From the NCBI GenBank assembly GCA_951406725.2, contig OX597818.1, positions 134,726,001 to 134,790,000 of the forward strand: a stretch of DNA of 64,000 bases. Reading direction: 5' to 3'. Source of the stretch: Octopus vulgaris (Eukaryota). This document shows, piece by piece, positions 39,581-52,666 of this stretch. Numbering within the stretch: position 1 is the stretch's first letter; the number at the start of each line of letters is the position of its first letter. The notes beneath the pieces were generated by a model. It was not told where the DNA came from, searched no databases, and saw only the letters and a program-made list of their open reading frames with translations. Position numbers and translations under genes: made by a program.

Positions 39581-41567
39581 GAATATCAATTTTACTTTAT
39601 ATACTTTAATTCTATGCTTATCTACAACACCTCACATTTTAAAAAAACTTTTAACAAGTACTTTTGGAAAATTTTTCATTTGTGGTGCTATTCTCAAATA
39701 TAAAATGTTTTTTTAAATATGGGGGTTTGGGGATTTTGGAATTTCAAATAAGGGATTGTCAATTTATTTTTGATTGTGGAACTCAAAGTCGAGAAAGTTA
39801 TAAATAATAACAGGAAAATATTGGCTTTAAAAAAAAAACCCTTTAGCTCGACAAAGTCAAAGGCTGCCCATGGGATGTAAACAAAGAATCATCAATTATA
39901 ATCCTTTGTATGATAAGCAGAAGGCCTGAAATTTGGTGGGAGGGAGATGGCCAACTACATCGACCCCACTGCTAAACTGGTATTAATTTTATTGACCCTA
40001 AAAGGATGAAAGACAAAGTTGACATTGGCAGAATTTGAACTTAGAACATATAATGTGTGGCTAAGCATTTTATCCGTTATGCTAATGATTCTGTCAGCAC
40101 TAATCAACCCAGATTCATTATGAATCAAAATTTTTGTTTGTTAATTTGTTAATATCGTAGACTACCAGAGCAAAATTTTTAGTAATATTTCATTTTTTGG
40201 CACTATCAAGACAAAATATATTTATGTTTCAAAATTGTAAACATTTTCAGACCACATGTTTAATAGTACTTAATCTTATAAACATTCATCATTATCATTA
40301 CAATCTTTAACATCTGTTTACCATACTGGAATGGGTTGGACTGTTTGAGAGCAGCTGGCAAAGTCAGAAGACTGCACCAAGTCCTACTGTCTGGTTTAAC
40401 ATGGTTTCTACAACCAGATAAACCTTCCTGTGCCAACAACTTTACAGAGTGCACTAAATGCTTTATATGTGGCACCAGTAGTATTGAGGTCACCAAATAA
40501 CTCACAGGACAAAACCCTTGCCAAAGTGTGGGGGGGGTGGAGGTGGCTTTGTTCCAGGTGATGTGAGGTTTCAGTATGAATAAAGGGACAGAGATAAGTG
40601 TCTTGTAGTTAAGGTACATGGCTAACCCAAGAGGAGAGAGGGGGGGGAGAAGATGGTGAAGATATGATAGAGATACACTTGAGTTAGAGGGAGGTGTCTA
40701 CAAGTGAAGTGGGGCCAAGGACTTGTTAAGGAGTGGAGTGCACAGCAAAGTTCATGAGATGGTGAAAGGAAAGTGAGAGGAGAGAGAATGTTATTACCAG
40801 GAGAAAATGGCTTGTGTGATATTTTGTTGACCCTTTTTACATTCTGAGTTCCAATCTTGCAGAGATCAGCTTTGCTGTCATTATTCTAAAGTGGTTAATT
40901 TACAAAAGAAACAATCAAATGCTGGAATCATTTAATTCAAAGATAAGATCCAAAGAAACTGGTGAGAGTTTTCTTTGTTGGCAACAATTATTCCACAGGA
41001 CAGTTATCAGAACAGTTTGATGAGATTTCTTCAAAAAAGTGAAGAATCTAAATTCACTTCTCCCAGCAATCAAACTCAACAATCTCTTGCAGGAACTGTC
41101 CCAGCAATGAAATCAATTTAGCTCTCTTTCAAGATGTTGGTTCCTGATTTAAATTAAACAAAAAATCAAACACACACTATAAAATGGCATTCAGTTTACA
41201 AATAGATATTTTCTTTTTTTTTTTTTTTTTTCAAATATATTCTTTTTAATCATCTGAAGAAAATAAATATCTGCTTTTAGGATCAAAAATTTATTTAAAA
41301 GTTTGAAGAATTGTATTTAAATCTATGTTTTGTGGATTTCTTTACTTGTGTCAAACAACAAGGATGATGAAGATGAAGGGACGGATCACTACAAAGTCAA
41401 TTTGTCCAAGCATAATTATAGTAAAACATATTTTAGTCCACACTACACACTAGCTCATGTGTGAAGATGAATTGCTGGTTTGACTATCTAGCGATCTGTG
41501 AAGCAGTCTGTCTAAATGACTGTCTATCTGTTTGTCCATGTGATATCTATCTACACACTAATAGAAA

Positions 41568-42266
41568 TCTTTATATATAAAAGTGAAGTTGTGTGTCTGT
41601 CTCCTATGATTTAGATTCCTAACTACTGCCACATTTTGCGGTGCAGTTTAACCCAAAGTGGGTATCTTATAGTCGTGATTCATATCGATTCTTCTGGGTA
41701 TTAGTGTGCGTCTATGATGAGTCTACGATTTAAAAAAAATTTACCATCATTTTTTTCCATTTTAATGCATTTTTTCGCTATTATATAAGGGAAGTAACTC
41801 TCTAAAAATGTCTACGATGAGTCAACGATTTAAAAAAAATTTACCATCATTTTTTTTTCCATTTTTAATGCATTTTTTTGCTATTTTTTGGCTATAACTC
41901 TCTAAAAATGCTTATATAGTTATTTCCCTTACAAACCCGAGCAACGCCGGGTGATACTGCTAGTCTTTATATATAAAAAGTGAAGTTGTGTGTCTGTCTC
42001 CTACGATTTAGATTCCTAACTACTCCCACATTTTGCGGTGCAGTTTAACCCAAAGCGGGTATCTTATAGTCGTGATTCATATCGAGCCCTTCTGGGTATT
42101 AGCGTGTATCTACGATGAGTCTCCGATTTAAAAGAAAAATTTACCATAATTTTTTTCCCATTTTTAATGCATTTTTTTCGCAATTATATAAGGGAAGTAA
42201 CTCTCTAAAAATGCTTATATAGTTATTTCCCTTACAAACCCGAGCAACGCCGGGCGATACTGCTAG
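41568..42266 (+). mobile_element. Head-to-tail dimer of a non-autonomous Helitron (41568-41963 + 41964-42266)
   Basis: Each unit starts TCTTTATATAT and ends cccgagcaacgccggg-N-gatactgCTAG. The whole dimer sits between A and T. Confidence 0.9.
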
Positions 42267-43251
42267 TATGTAGATAAATTACTTGTCTGACCATCAGTCA
42301 ATACATCTCCCTATTTACTCACTAATAGATGTAAACAGATAAATTATGTGTCTGTCTATCTGTCTATATGACTGTTAAAAAATCTGTCTAATGGACAGAC
42401 ACACTGTTTATCGGTCAGTCAATCGGTCTTCCTATCTACGCACTAACAGATGTGCATAAGCAAACATCTGTCTTTCTGTCCGTCTAATAGAATTAAGTAA
42501 AAATATTTTACAAAAATAAACATTCCAACACTTGTGTACATGAGAACACACACACACACATTCTAATACATATATAATCACACACTTGTACACATATCCA
42601 CACATCAACATATTCACATACACAAATATACACACATATATACAAACATTTACACACACACACTCTTAGATCTACATTTATCTTATGTGGAATAAAAGAA
42701 AAAGACAAAAAATAAAAATTTTCATAAAAGGATGGAGACAAATATGAAAACCAGGTTAACCAGGTTCAATTCCAATTGGCACAAAAATGTCCCACTATCT
42801 GGGTTTCTTGCCTCTTTTAGGCTCTGTTGTTCCAAAGTTGATTAACGATTAAGAATAATGAAATATTGCGATGAATCAATGAGTGAGGTATCTAAATATT
42901 GGTAAGTTCATTTTGTCATTGGCATGGATCAAAAATAAATACAAAATAGCATTTCTGTAGTCATTTACCAATATAAATTGGCAAATAGTACCATTGTTTT
43001 AGATACTGAAATAACAAGTTCTAAAATAGTTTTGGATTCACTTTTAGGATCAGATCTGTTATGGAATAAAAATACAAATAAATATAATTACAAAGATAGA
43101 GAAATTATATGTAAAGGTATGAAAATACAAAGATAGTGAAGTATGTGAAAGGATGAAAATTGTTGGTAAAATATAAAATTATCCAAGATGAATAAGGTAA
43201 TATGTTGGCTCTTGGTTTATTGTTGTTATTGTTGTATTAGGGTTAATTACA

Positions 43252-43431
43252 TCATCGATAACTGTGACCAGAATCCACCCACATCCCTTCAGGGGATTGC
43301 TTGTAATAGCGGGGAAGTCCATTTTTGAAGAGAGATTTCATAGGTGTTGGATGTATTCTGATGTGAATAAAAGTATTTCGGAAGTCCTCAACAAAATTGG
43401 GTGGCTCTTGTTTAGGAGATGTGGAAAATTT
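43252..43431 (-). CDS. NTAN1: NTAN1 terminal coding exon
   Basis: ttttttcag|KFSTSPKQEPPNFVEDFRNTFIHIRIHPTPMKSLFKNGLPRYYKQSPEGMWVDSGHSYR*. It aligns with the NTAN1 C-terminus as recalled (NLSTSPLAEPPHFVEHIRST...HPSP...LF...GLW). Phase 0. AATAAA about 30 nt downstream. Confidence 0.92.
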   Translation of the reverse strand, partial: KFSTSPKQEPPNFVEDFRNTFIHIRIHPTPMKSLFKNGLPRYYKQSPEGMWVDSGHSYR

Positions 43432-44198
43432 CTGAAAAAAGATACATAAATAAATAAATAAGAGAAAATATAGTAAACAAATAAAGGAAATAGTAAGTAA
43501 ACACTGAGGGAATTGATTATTTTGAAGGGTTTCCCCAGTTAATGTCACAATGGTAAATACATTTAAGAAGAAAATACTAAAATCTTCAACTCATTTAAAT
43601 ATGAGAGTGAATCAGTAAAATTCCCATAACACAAGTGATTGTCTGTGTCAACAGTTAGTAATTACAGCTAATTGACATAGTGGAGTAAATTATTTTGCTC
43701 TCAGGAAGAAGGAAAGTCTGATGTTTTAAACATAACCTTTTGTTAGCAAGAGAAAGAGAAGTATTGTTTAGTAGATTGGCAAAGAAACAGAGTGAGGACT
43801 GATTTGTATACCATTGGATTTAAACATTTAATAAAGATCACTTTCATTGGGAAGAGAAGCAAAAAATTATGCAAGACAGAATGAAATAGTAAACTTGATA
43901 AAATTGTAAAAATTGTATTAAAGGAGTCACTTTAACCTTTTAACACTTGTCTAACAAAAATGCCTTTTTATCCACATTGTTATGAATCAATCATTTATTA
44001 CCCTGTAGCTTTGAGATTTAGATAATGTGATAGTTTATTTTTAGGATGACAATGTATACATTGTATAGTAGTGAGGACTTCTGAGTATTGCTGAGCGCAT
44101 GAAACCTCTCTAGTGCTGGTGCCATGATAAAATGTACACTACAGAGTGACTGATAGTTTATCTTTAGGATGACAATGTATTTTTAGGATAACAATGTA

Positions 44199-44550
44199 GA
44201 TTAGATGTGAGAGGTCAGATATGGTTAATCAGAGATTAGATGTGAGAGGTCAGATAATGGTTAATCAGAGATTAGATGTGAGAGGTCAGATATGGTTAAT
44301 CAGAGATTAGATGTGAGAGGTCAGATATGGTTAATCAGAGATTAGATGTGAGAGGTCAGATATGGTTAATCAGAGATTAGATGTGAGAGGTCAGATATGG
44401 TTAATCAGAGATTAGATGTGAGAGGTCAGATATGGTTAATCAGAGATTAGATGTGAGAGGTCAGATATGGTTAATCAGAGATTAGATGTGAGAGGTCAGA
44501 TATGGTTAATCAGAGATTAGATGTGAGAGGTCAGATATGGTTAATCAGAG
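44199..44550. repeat. 35-bp minisatellite, about 10 copies, inside a piggyBac-type MITE (~43935-44600)
   Basis: Unit gattagatgtgagaggtcagatatggttaatcaga. The flanks resemble the MITE at 22726-22944. Confidence 0.9.
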
Positions 44551-45120
44551 CATAAAATAGGTAGAATATTTGGGTCAAATATGGTTGGTTTAAATGGGAG
44601 AGAGGGAGAAAGACATCTTATAAGGGTTTCAAAGACCCTACTTAAGGGTTTGTCTCTAGAGAATAACTTTTAATCTTATAGATTTCACTCACAAAACAAT
44701 GGTCAACCAGAAACTTTGGTAGAAGATACTTTACAGTAGGATTGAACTCAAAACTATGTAGTTGCAAAGTGAATTTCCTCACCACTGAGCCATGCCAGAT
44801 CTATTTTGAGTTTAATGGTCATTGATTATAATCAATGTTCTTATCTAGAAATGATTATCTCCTTAACAGTAACTGCTATCAGGACATACTATGCGTTCAA
44901 TATTCTAACATATTCTTGTTGTGTCTCCATCTACAACCTTCTTTGTATTTCTCTCATTTGCCATTCACTATTTCTTCTATTCACTACCAAGACATTTACG
45001 TAATAACAGCACTGGACTTGTCCATATTCACCCTTCTGCCATCACTGTTTGTCATTCCACCTCTCTTCTACCATCAGCCTTCATCACTCTACCTTCCTTC
45101 CATCATGACATCCATATTAG

Positions 45121-45522
45121 TGGAGGCGCAATGGCCCAGTGGTTAGGGCAGCGGACTCGCGGTCATAGGCTCGCGGTTTCGATTCCCAGACCAGCCGTTG
45201 TGAGTGTTTATTGAGCGAAAACACCTAAAAGCTCCACGAGGCTCTGGCAGGAGATGGTGGTGATCCCTGCTGTACTCTTTCACCACAACTTTCTCTCACT
45301 CTTACTTCCTGTTTCTGTTGTACCTGTATTTCAAAGGGCCGGCCTTGTCACTCTCTGTGTCACGCTGAATATCCCCGAGAACTACGTTAAGGGTGCACGT
45401 GTCTGTGGAGTGCTCAGCCACTTACACGTTAATTTCACGAGCAGGCTGTTCCGTTGATTCGGATCAACTTGATTCGGATCAACCGGAACCCTCATCGTCG
45501 TAACCGACGGAGTGCTTCCATC
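45121..45522 (+). mobile_element. SINE family B
   Basis: Full-length copy. Confidence 0.88.
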
Positions 45523-46049
45523 CATTCAATAACCACAACCATCAACTTCCTTTGCCACAATCCATTGTTTTTCACCCCACCTCCATATCACTCGTCAATG
45601 ACAACCATCATTGTCTTTGTTGATACAAATCTCTCTTCCTTATCTATATTACTCATCCTGTTCCCCACCTAACATGTAACTCCTCATCACAGGCCTTCTT
45701 CCATTACTCCTTCTCCTACCACTCTCTCACTCCCGTCACTCTGTTTCCTTCCTCTATCACACCCTTTCTCTTCTATTCATACTCATCACATTTGTGTGGA
45801 ATAAACAAATACATTGTATAGTAGTGAGGACTTCTGAGCTTTGCTGAGCGCATGAAACCTCTCTAGTGCTGGTGCCATGATAAAATGTACCCTGTACACT
45901 CTGTAGAGTGACTGATGACAGGGAAGGGTAGCCAGCAGGAGAAACCATGCCAAAAATGGAAAGATGATTCAGACATGGTTCCCAACCAATCTAGGAGAAC
46001 AGTAGCTTTGAATAAGAACTGGATAGAACAAATACAAAGACATATTCCC

Positions 46050-46675
46050 TATCTGAGCATGATCGTTGCCAGAGCGGCTATCTGGCCTCCGTGCCGGTGG
46101 CACGTAAAAGCATGATCATTACCAGCATCGCCTTACTGGCACCTGTGCCGGTGGCATGTGTAAAAGATTCGAGTGAGGTCATTGCCAGTACCGCCTGACT
46201 GGCCCCGTGCCAGTGGCACATAAAAGCACCCACTACACTCTCGGAGTGGTTGGCGTTAGGAAGGGCATCCAGCTGTAGAAACTCTGCCAGATCAATCATC
46301 ATCATTCATCATTGTTCAACCGTGGTCGAGACAATGGAATTTACCATGCTACGCAGACTTCACGGTCCATCATGGTATTACGGAGGTCCTGTTGCTGGAT
46401 GCCTGTATCCCTGGAGATTACATCAGGGTAGGAGAGTGTGCGCCCTCTGGTATTGCGAGTAGATGGCTTCCAGAGGAGAAGAGTAGAAATTACTTCTTTT
46501 TCAGCTCTACAACAATGTCCAGCAAACTGGACTCTCCTACCTTTCACAAGAGATGACACAGGTGGTAGTTTCCCAGATCAAGATTGAAGCCTGGTACAGC
46601 CATCTGGTTCGCCAGCCCTCAATCAATCGTCCAACCCATGCTAGCATGGAAAGCGGATGTTCAACGATGATGATG
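46050..46675 (+). mobile_element. RTE-2 3' UTR with nested antisense RTE-1 fragment (46296-46572)
   Basis: TSD ccagatcaa at 46287-46295 and 46573-46581. The nested piece encodes VQFAGHCCRAEKEVISTLLLW. Confidence 0.85.
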
Positions 46676-46851
46676 ACACACAGTTATTACACTGATTCTG
46701 ATTGAGGATTATATTAAGTGTACACATTCCAGTCTCAAATATTCAGTCGCTTACATAATATTGCTTTTAAATTTTGGCACAAGGACAGCAAATTCATGGA
46801 AGGGGTAAGTACATTACATCCACCCCAGTGCTTAACTGGTACTTATTTATA

Positions 46852-47090
46852 TAAGGCGGCGAGCTGGCAGAAACATTAGCGTGCCAGGCGAAATGCTTAG
46901 CGGTATTTCGTTTGGCGCAACGTTGTGAGTTCAAATTCCGCTGAGGTCGACTTTGCCTTTCATCCTTTCGGGGTCGATAAATTAAGTACCAGTTACGCAC
47001 TGGGGTTGATGTAATCGACTTAATACCTATGTCTGTCCTTGTTTGTCCCCTCTGTGTTTAGCTCCTTGTGGGTAATAAAGAAATAGGTAC
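46852..47090 (+). mobile_element. SINE family C
   Basis: aaggcggcgagctggcagaaac head. Confidence 0.8.
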
Positions 47091-48212
47091 TTATTTTATT
47101 GACCCCAAAAGGATGAAAGGCAAAGTTGACCTTTGCAGAATTTGAACTCAAAACATAAAGACACAAAATATCACTAAGTCCTTTGCTCAGAGTGGTTACA
47201 ATTCTGCCAGCTGGCTGCATTTCTTCTTTTCAGCTTATTGCCATCCCTTCAAAAGTCATTAATAAGCACCTGGCCAAGGACAAGTAAGTGGCTCTTGAGC
47301 CCAGCTCCACAGCTGCATGTTTCCTCACAAAAATTACACTGAAAACGCAGCCCTGACCATGATGATGATGAAAATTACGTCTGGGTCAGACCACTTTGAG
47401 AATGTGGCTTGCATAGATGATAAATTTAATCCATTTCTCAGTTTAACATTATCACTCTGAACCTTGGTGCCTTTAGTGGAATCAACTCTGCTGAAAAAAT
47501 TCAGGAGGGGTAAGTTGATTACATCAACCCCAGTGCTCAACTGGTATTTTATTATATCGACCCCAAAAGGATAGAAAGTAAAGTCGATCTAGGTGGAATT
47601 TGAACACAGAACGTAAAGACAGATGAAATGCTACTAAGCATTTTGTACAGTATGCCTACAGTATGCCTTAGTTACTCACATAGTAATAAAATGAGTATGT
47701 AGTTCAGTTGATTGGATCAGTTTCCCAACCTGCGGTTGCAAAGCTCAGGAAAATTTGGAACTAAGTGGTGGGTACACACAACTATCATACTGTTTTTTCT
47801 AAATATTTTCTATTATTTTATGTAATAAAAGAAACTGTGAGTAAACACAGAGGAAACTGATTATTTTGGAGGGTTTTCCCATTTGATGTAACAATGGTAA
47901 ATACATTGTAAGAAGAAAACACTAAAATCTTCAACTAATTTAAATATGAGAGTAAAACAGTAAAATTCCCATAACACAAGTGATTGTCTGTGTCAACAGT
48001 TAGTAATTACAGCTAATTGACATAGTGGAGTAAATGATTTTGCTCTGAGGAAGAAGGGAAGTCTGATATTTTGAACAGCCATTTGTTGGCAAGAGAAAGG
48101 GAAGTGGTGTTTAGTAGATTGGCAAAGAAACAGCATGAGGAGTGGTTCATGTAGCCTCAAAACACACAAAAACATACACACAATGTATTTCCTATATCTC
48201 AAGTTCTGTTAT

Positions 48213-48795
48213 GATAATAATAATAATAATAATAATGAAATTATTGTATACAGTGCTCAGGTGCACCACAACTTGTCAGACAGTGCGTATAAAGTATAAG
48301 CAGTAATGTACAAATGTCTGGAAAGCGAATAATCTATGAGTCAGATACATGCTTGTGTGTGTATGGAGGGGAGAAAATCAGGTGTAGTGTTGGCAAATCT
48401 CAGAAAGCATGGAAGTTTTGGAGGATGCAGTGCTCCGACAACTAACAACTGATGCTGGCAGTTTGTTCCATGCTTCAGCAACTCTCAGCATGAAAAAATG
48501 TTTCCGAAAGTCATGGGAGCTGTGCTGTTTTCTGACTTTGTAAATATGTCCACGGGTGTTAGACGGGTGGAGTTTGAAAAGGTGCTCAGAGTTATTGTTT
48601 GTAAGATGGTTAATAATTTTATGGGTGTCTGCCAAGTCAGCTGCCAGACGTCGGAGTTTCAATGTGTCCACGCCCAGGGAAGTAAGGCGTTCAGGATATG
48701 GCAAATGCCTGATGGAGGGTATTCTTTTGGTTGCACGTCGCTGAACGGCTTCCAGACGATTAATATCCTGGGCAAGATAGGGGTTCCAGACAGTT
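48213..48795 (-). mobile_element. CR1/L2-clade LINE 3' fragment
   Basis: VWNPYLAQDINRLEAVQRRATK...YPERL...NTRGH...FFMLRVAEAWNKLP, with (ATT)n tail. A second copy lies at 49480-49727. Confidence 0.9.
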
Positions 48796-48849
48796 TGATA
48801 ATAATTTATTATTGATGAATAAAGTATCAAGTTGGCATTGGAAAGTCTT

Positions 48850-49380
48850 GTATTTAATTAAAATATCATATTACTACTTTGAATATCTAAGAACAATTTC
48901 TAAGGGTAATTGTTGAATTTTATAATGTCTCTGAATGATAAGCAGCTTGGAGAAAAAGTACAAGCCGCCAAAAGTGACGTATTCTACCTTTCAGATATAT
49001 CCAAAACACTAAATTTGCTGATGAGCCAGCTACAAGTTAAAAATTAAAATCTTTAATTTGCAAGGGGGTTACTAGTGATTTCTTTGGAAAACTTAATTAT
49101 TCAGAGTAAATATTGGGCATATGGAGTTGATGCATCTTCCAACCCTTGCCACTATTGAGGAGTAACAGCAAGAGGATGATACTTTGGTGTATACTGAGGA
49201 GATAAAGAAATTGCATAATGATATAGAAATTAGGTTCAAAGATCTCTTGGAAATGAACATTCCAACTTAACCCAAATGGATAGACCCATTTGAGACAAAA
49301 GCAACTAATTTTGATAATAGACTACAAGAAAGTCTCATTGAGTTGCAATGTAATCAAACTGCTCCAGCTAAACGTAACCA
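48850..49380 (+). mobile_element. hAT (Charlie/SCAND3-like) transposase relic
   Basis: Fragments DVFYLSDI, LHNDIEIRFKDLLEM, WIDPF, LQESLIELQCN. Confidence 0.6.
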
Positions 49381-50074
49381 TGGGTTCATATTACAGAAAA
49401 ATGGTGATATTTTGCATTTTTTTCCTTTTGCTAAAGGATTTTATCTTTGTGCTCAAAAAGTAATCATTTATAAAAAAACAAAAAAGCAATAAAAACATTG
49501 TGTACAGTGTTCAGGTGCACTACAACTCATCTAAAGTGTATATATAATCAGGTGTAGTTTCGGCGGATTTCGGAAAGCATGAGGGCCTTAAAGGATGCAG
49601 TGTCATGGCAGTCAACAACTGACGCAGGCAGTTTGTTCCATGCTTCAGCAACTCTGAGCGTGAAAAAATGCTTCCGAAAGTCATGGGAGCTGTGCTGTTT
49701 TCTGACTTTGTAGGCATGTCCACGTGTGAAGAAGTGAATAACTTTCTGAGTATCAATAGCAGTTTATTGTTATGCATGTTGTATCAGAAAGATAATATTT
49801 GATTATGAATAGTTGGTTTATTGAAGTCACAAAATATTTTTGGTTTCATTTTCATGAAACCAAACAATAGAGACTGTAAGTGCAAGTAAAAGACACTGAT
49901 ATTTTTATGGAGCTTATTACATAAATAGTAGAAAACAAGACACCTTTGAAAGCAATTTTATCTTTAGTGTTTACTAGACTACCCATGATCCATTGGGTCA
50001 CTGGGGAAGACTGAGTTTCCCAGCAATGGAGTTTTGTTTCATGGGATTTTTTTTTCTTTTCCATGTTTCGCATG

Positions 50075-50662
50075 CTTTCAACAAATGTGACATTGAAATC
50101 ACGCGTAAACGGCTCCTTTCCCCAGAAAAGGAAAGATTTGGCTGTTATTTCTTGCATTCCCTGCTACCACATAACAGGTATTTTGGGTTCTTATCACAAA
50201 TAGCTATTACTTAGTAGCAGGGAGTGCTAGAAATAGCAGCCAAATCTTTAGACTGAGATACAATGCACTCGAAGAAAGCTATGGAAATGAACAGGTCTTT
50301 TACGAAATATTTACTGTATTTTTAAAGTCATTTTCACTTAAAAATATTTTGCCCATCATATTCAACAAATGTGACATTGAAATCGCGCGTAAACGGCTCC
50401 TTTCCCCAGAAAAGGAAAGATTTGGTTGTTATTTCTTGCATGCCCTGCTACTACATAACAGGTATTTTGGGTTCTTTATCACAAATACCTATTACTTAGT
50501 AGCAGGGAGTGCTAGAAATAGCAGCCAAATCTTTGGAGGTGAGATACTCAAAAGAAACTTATGGAAAAAAACTATTTCACATAAAGGTTATGAATGGGTC
50601 TTTTACGAAATATTTACTGTATTTTTAAAGTCATTTTCACTTTAAAATATTTTGCCCATCAT
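50075..50662. repeat. ~285-bp tandem duplication
   Basis: ttcaacaaatgtgacattgaaatc...cttttacgaaatatttactgtatttttaaagtc occurs twice. Confidence 0.85.
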
Positions 50663-51197
50663 ATTAAATGAATGTGGTTACCAATCGATTTTTGGCCATG
50701 TCCCAACAAATCATTTCTAAAATCCTGATGCCCTACTGTGATATTTAATTTTTGTTATTCAAAATTTGGTTAATGTTTACAATATTACCCGGAAACAAAA
50801 TAAAAAAATATAGTGCAATGGATGTAAAAAAAATGTGTAGGAAACGAACATGAAAAAAACGTGTGGAAAGCAACGAGGGGAGGACTTCGGAAAATTCACA
50901 AGATCCGAGTTTTTCCCTCATAACTTTTAGGAAAATGTGTTTTTTTTTAAATGAAATTTTATATAAATACCAGTTGAAAACTGGCATAAATTACGATTAT
51001 AAAGAAATTTGTGAGAAAATCTTTTCTGAGGGGTAGGGAGAGGACTTCAGAAAATTGACAAGATCAAGTTTTTCGCCCATAACTTAGTGACAGTTTATCG
51101 TGGATATCAGGTATAAATCCAAACTTTAAATTTTCTCTAAACATTGACAAACTTTTTTTTACTTGAACTACTCATTTTATGTACTTTTAAATTGTCG

Positions 51198-51583
51198 TAA
51201 CTACAGATTTCTGCCCCACCGACTTTGGATGATCATAACTTTCAGAAAAACGGATATTTTAATGAAATTGTCTATGAATGTGTTATATCATGTAGATTCC
51301 GAATATACAAAATTTTGTGGGGAAAGTGTTTTAGGAGGGATTGGGGTGGGGAATTTTGGAAATTTCACTGGAGTCCACTTCAATTCGTCTTAACTTTCAA
51401 GAAAATGGATATTTTTTAATGAAATTCTCTACCCCACCTAAAAGACTTTCCCCACAAAATTTTGTATATTGGGAATCTACATGATATAACATATATTCGT
51501 AGACAATTTCATTAAAAAAATATCCATTTTTCTAAACATTATGATCGTCCAAAGTCAAGGGTGAGAGCAGAAATCTGTAGTTA
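51198..51583. repeat. Long imperfect inverted repeat (foldback-type element)
   Basis: 51198-51345 is the reverse complement of 51430-51583 (taactacagatttctgc / gcagaaatctgtagtta; caaaattttgtggggaaag / ctttccccacaaaattttg). Confidence 0.85.
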
Positions 51584-51840
51584 TGCTTTTGAATCAAACA
51601 TGAAGAGATTTCAGTTCAAGCAAATTTTTTAAACGATTTCTTCAAAAAAATTTCAGTCTAAACTTTCGGAAAATATGCTCAAAAAGAAACAAAAAAATAT
51701 TCCATGAATCTTCTCAGCTGCAAAAGCCTTTGTATCAATGATGGAAGTCAGTTCATACCTTTTTGATGAATTCACAAACTGACTGATGGGAATAAAATGA
51801 CCTGTTAATTTTCATCTCTGTTCATATATATATACACACA

Positions 51841-51924
<84 letters not shown>

Positions 51925-52447
51925 TGTGAGTGTGTGTGTGTGTGTGTGAGTGGAGTGTGTGTGTGTGAGTGTGAATGTGAGTGTGTGTGTGAGTGAGTGT
52001 GTGTGTGAGTGTGAGTGTGTGTGTGTGTGCATTGCCAGTACCATAAATTTTGCTCTGTCTATCTATCTGTCTCCCTCCTCTCTTTCTCTTCCTTCACTGA
52101 TGCCACCCCTTACTTCCACTCCATTTCAATCCATTTCACACCATTCAATTCTTTCATCCATCACCCCCAACACCATTTATTGCCCTATCAACACTCTGCA
52201 GCACCACATATTTCTTGTGTACCTAGATTTTTTTGTCGCCAGAGATAAAAGAGTCAATATTCTTAGACGCACCTGCACACATAAGTCTGTCTCCAGTTTA
52301 TTTCTCCATAGGGAATTAAGATGGCATACTACATACACACATGCACACACAAACACACACATACATACACACTTGTAATTACCTACATACCACTTTAGTA
52401 ACATCAGATCTTATGAATATGATGAAAACGACCTGTTGTCTCTAAAG

Positions 52448-52666
52448 CAGTGCTTTTCAACCTTTTTGCTGGAGCGGAACCCCAAGGAAACATTCCACTG
52501 GCTCAAGGAATCCCTGTGCAATAATTTAATAGTCTTATACACACATATCTGCACAGGAGAATTATAAATTACTGCCGATTTTAGCAGTTTTGTAACTTCT
52601 TGAGGAACCCCTGGACTATACTGGCGGAACCCTGAGGTTCCACGGAACCCTGGTTGAAAACCACTG
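52448..52666. mobile_element. hAT MITE with perfect 8-bp TSD
   Basis: ctctaaag|cagtgcttttcaacc ... ggttgaaaaccactg|ctctaaag. Confidence 0.9.

Noticed and set aside
52272-52328. Exon-like segment YAILIPYGEINWRQTYVC in the last NTAN1 intron
   Set aside because: It has no similarity to NTAN1, the flanking exons already join in frame, and the acceptor lies in a GT microsatellite.
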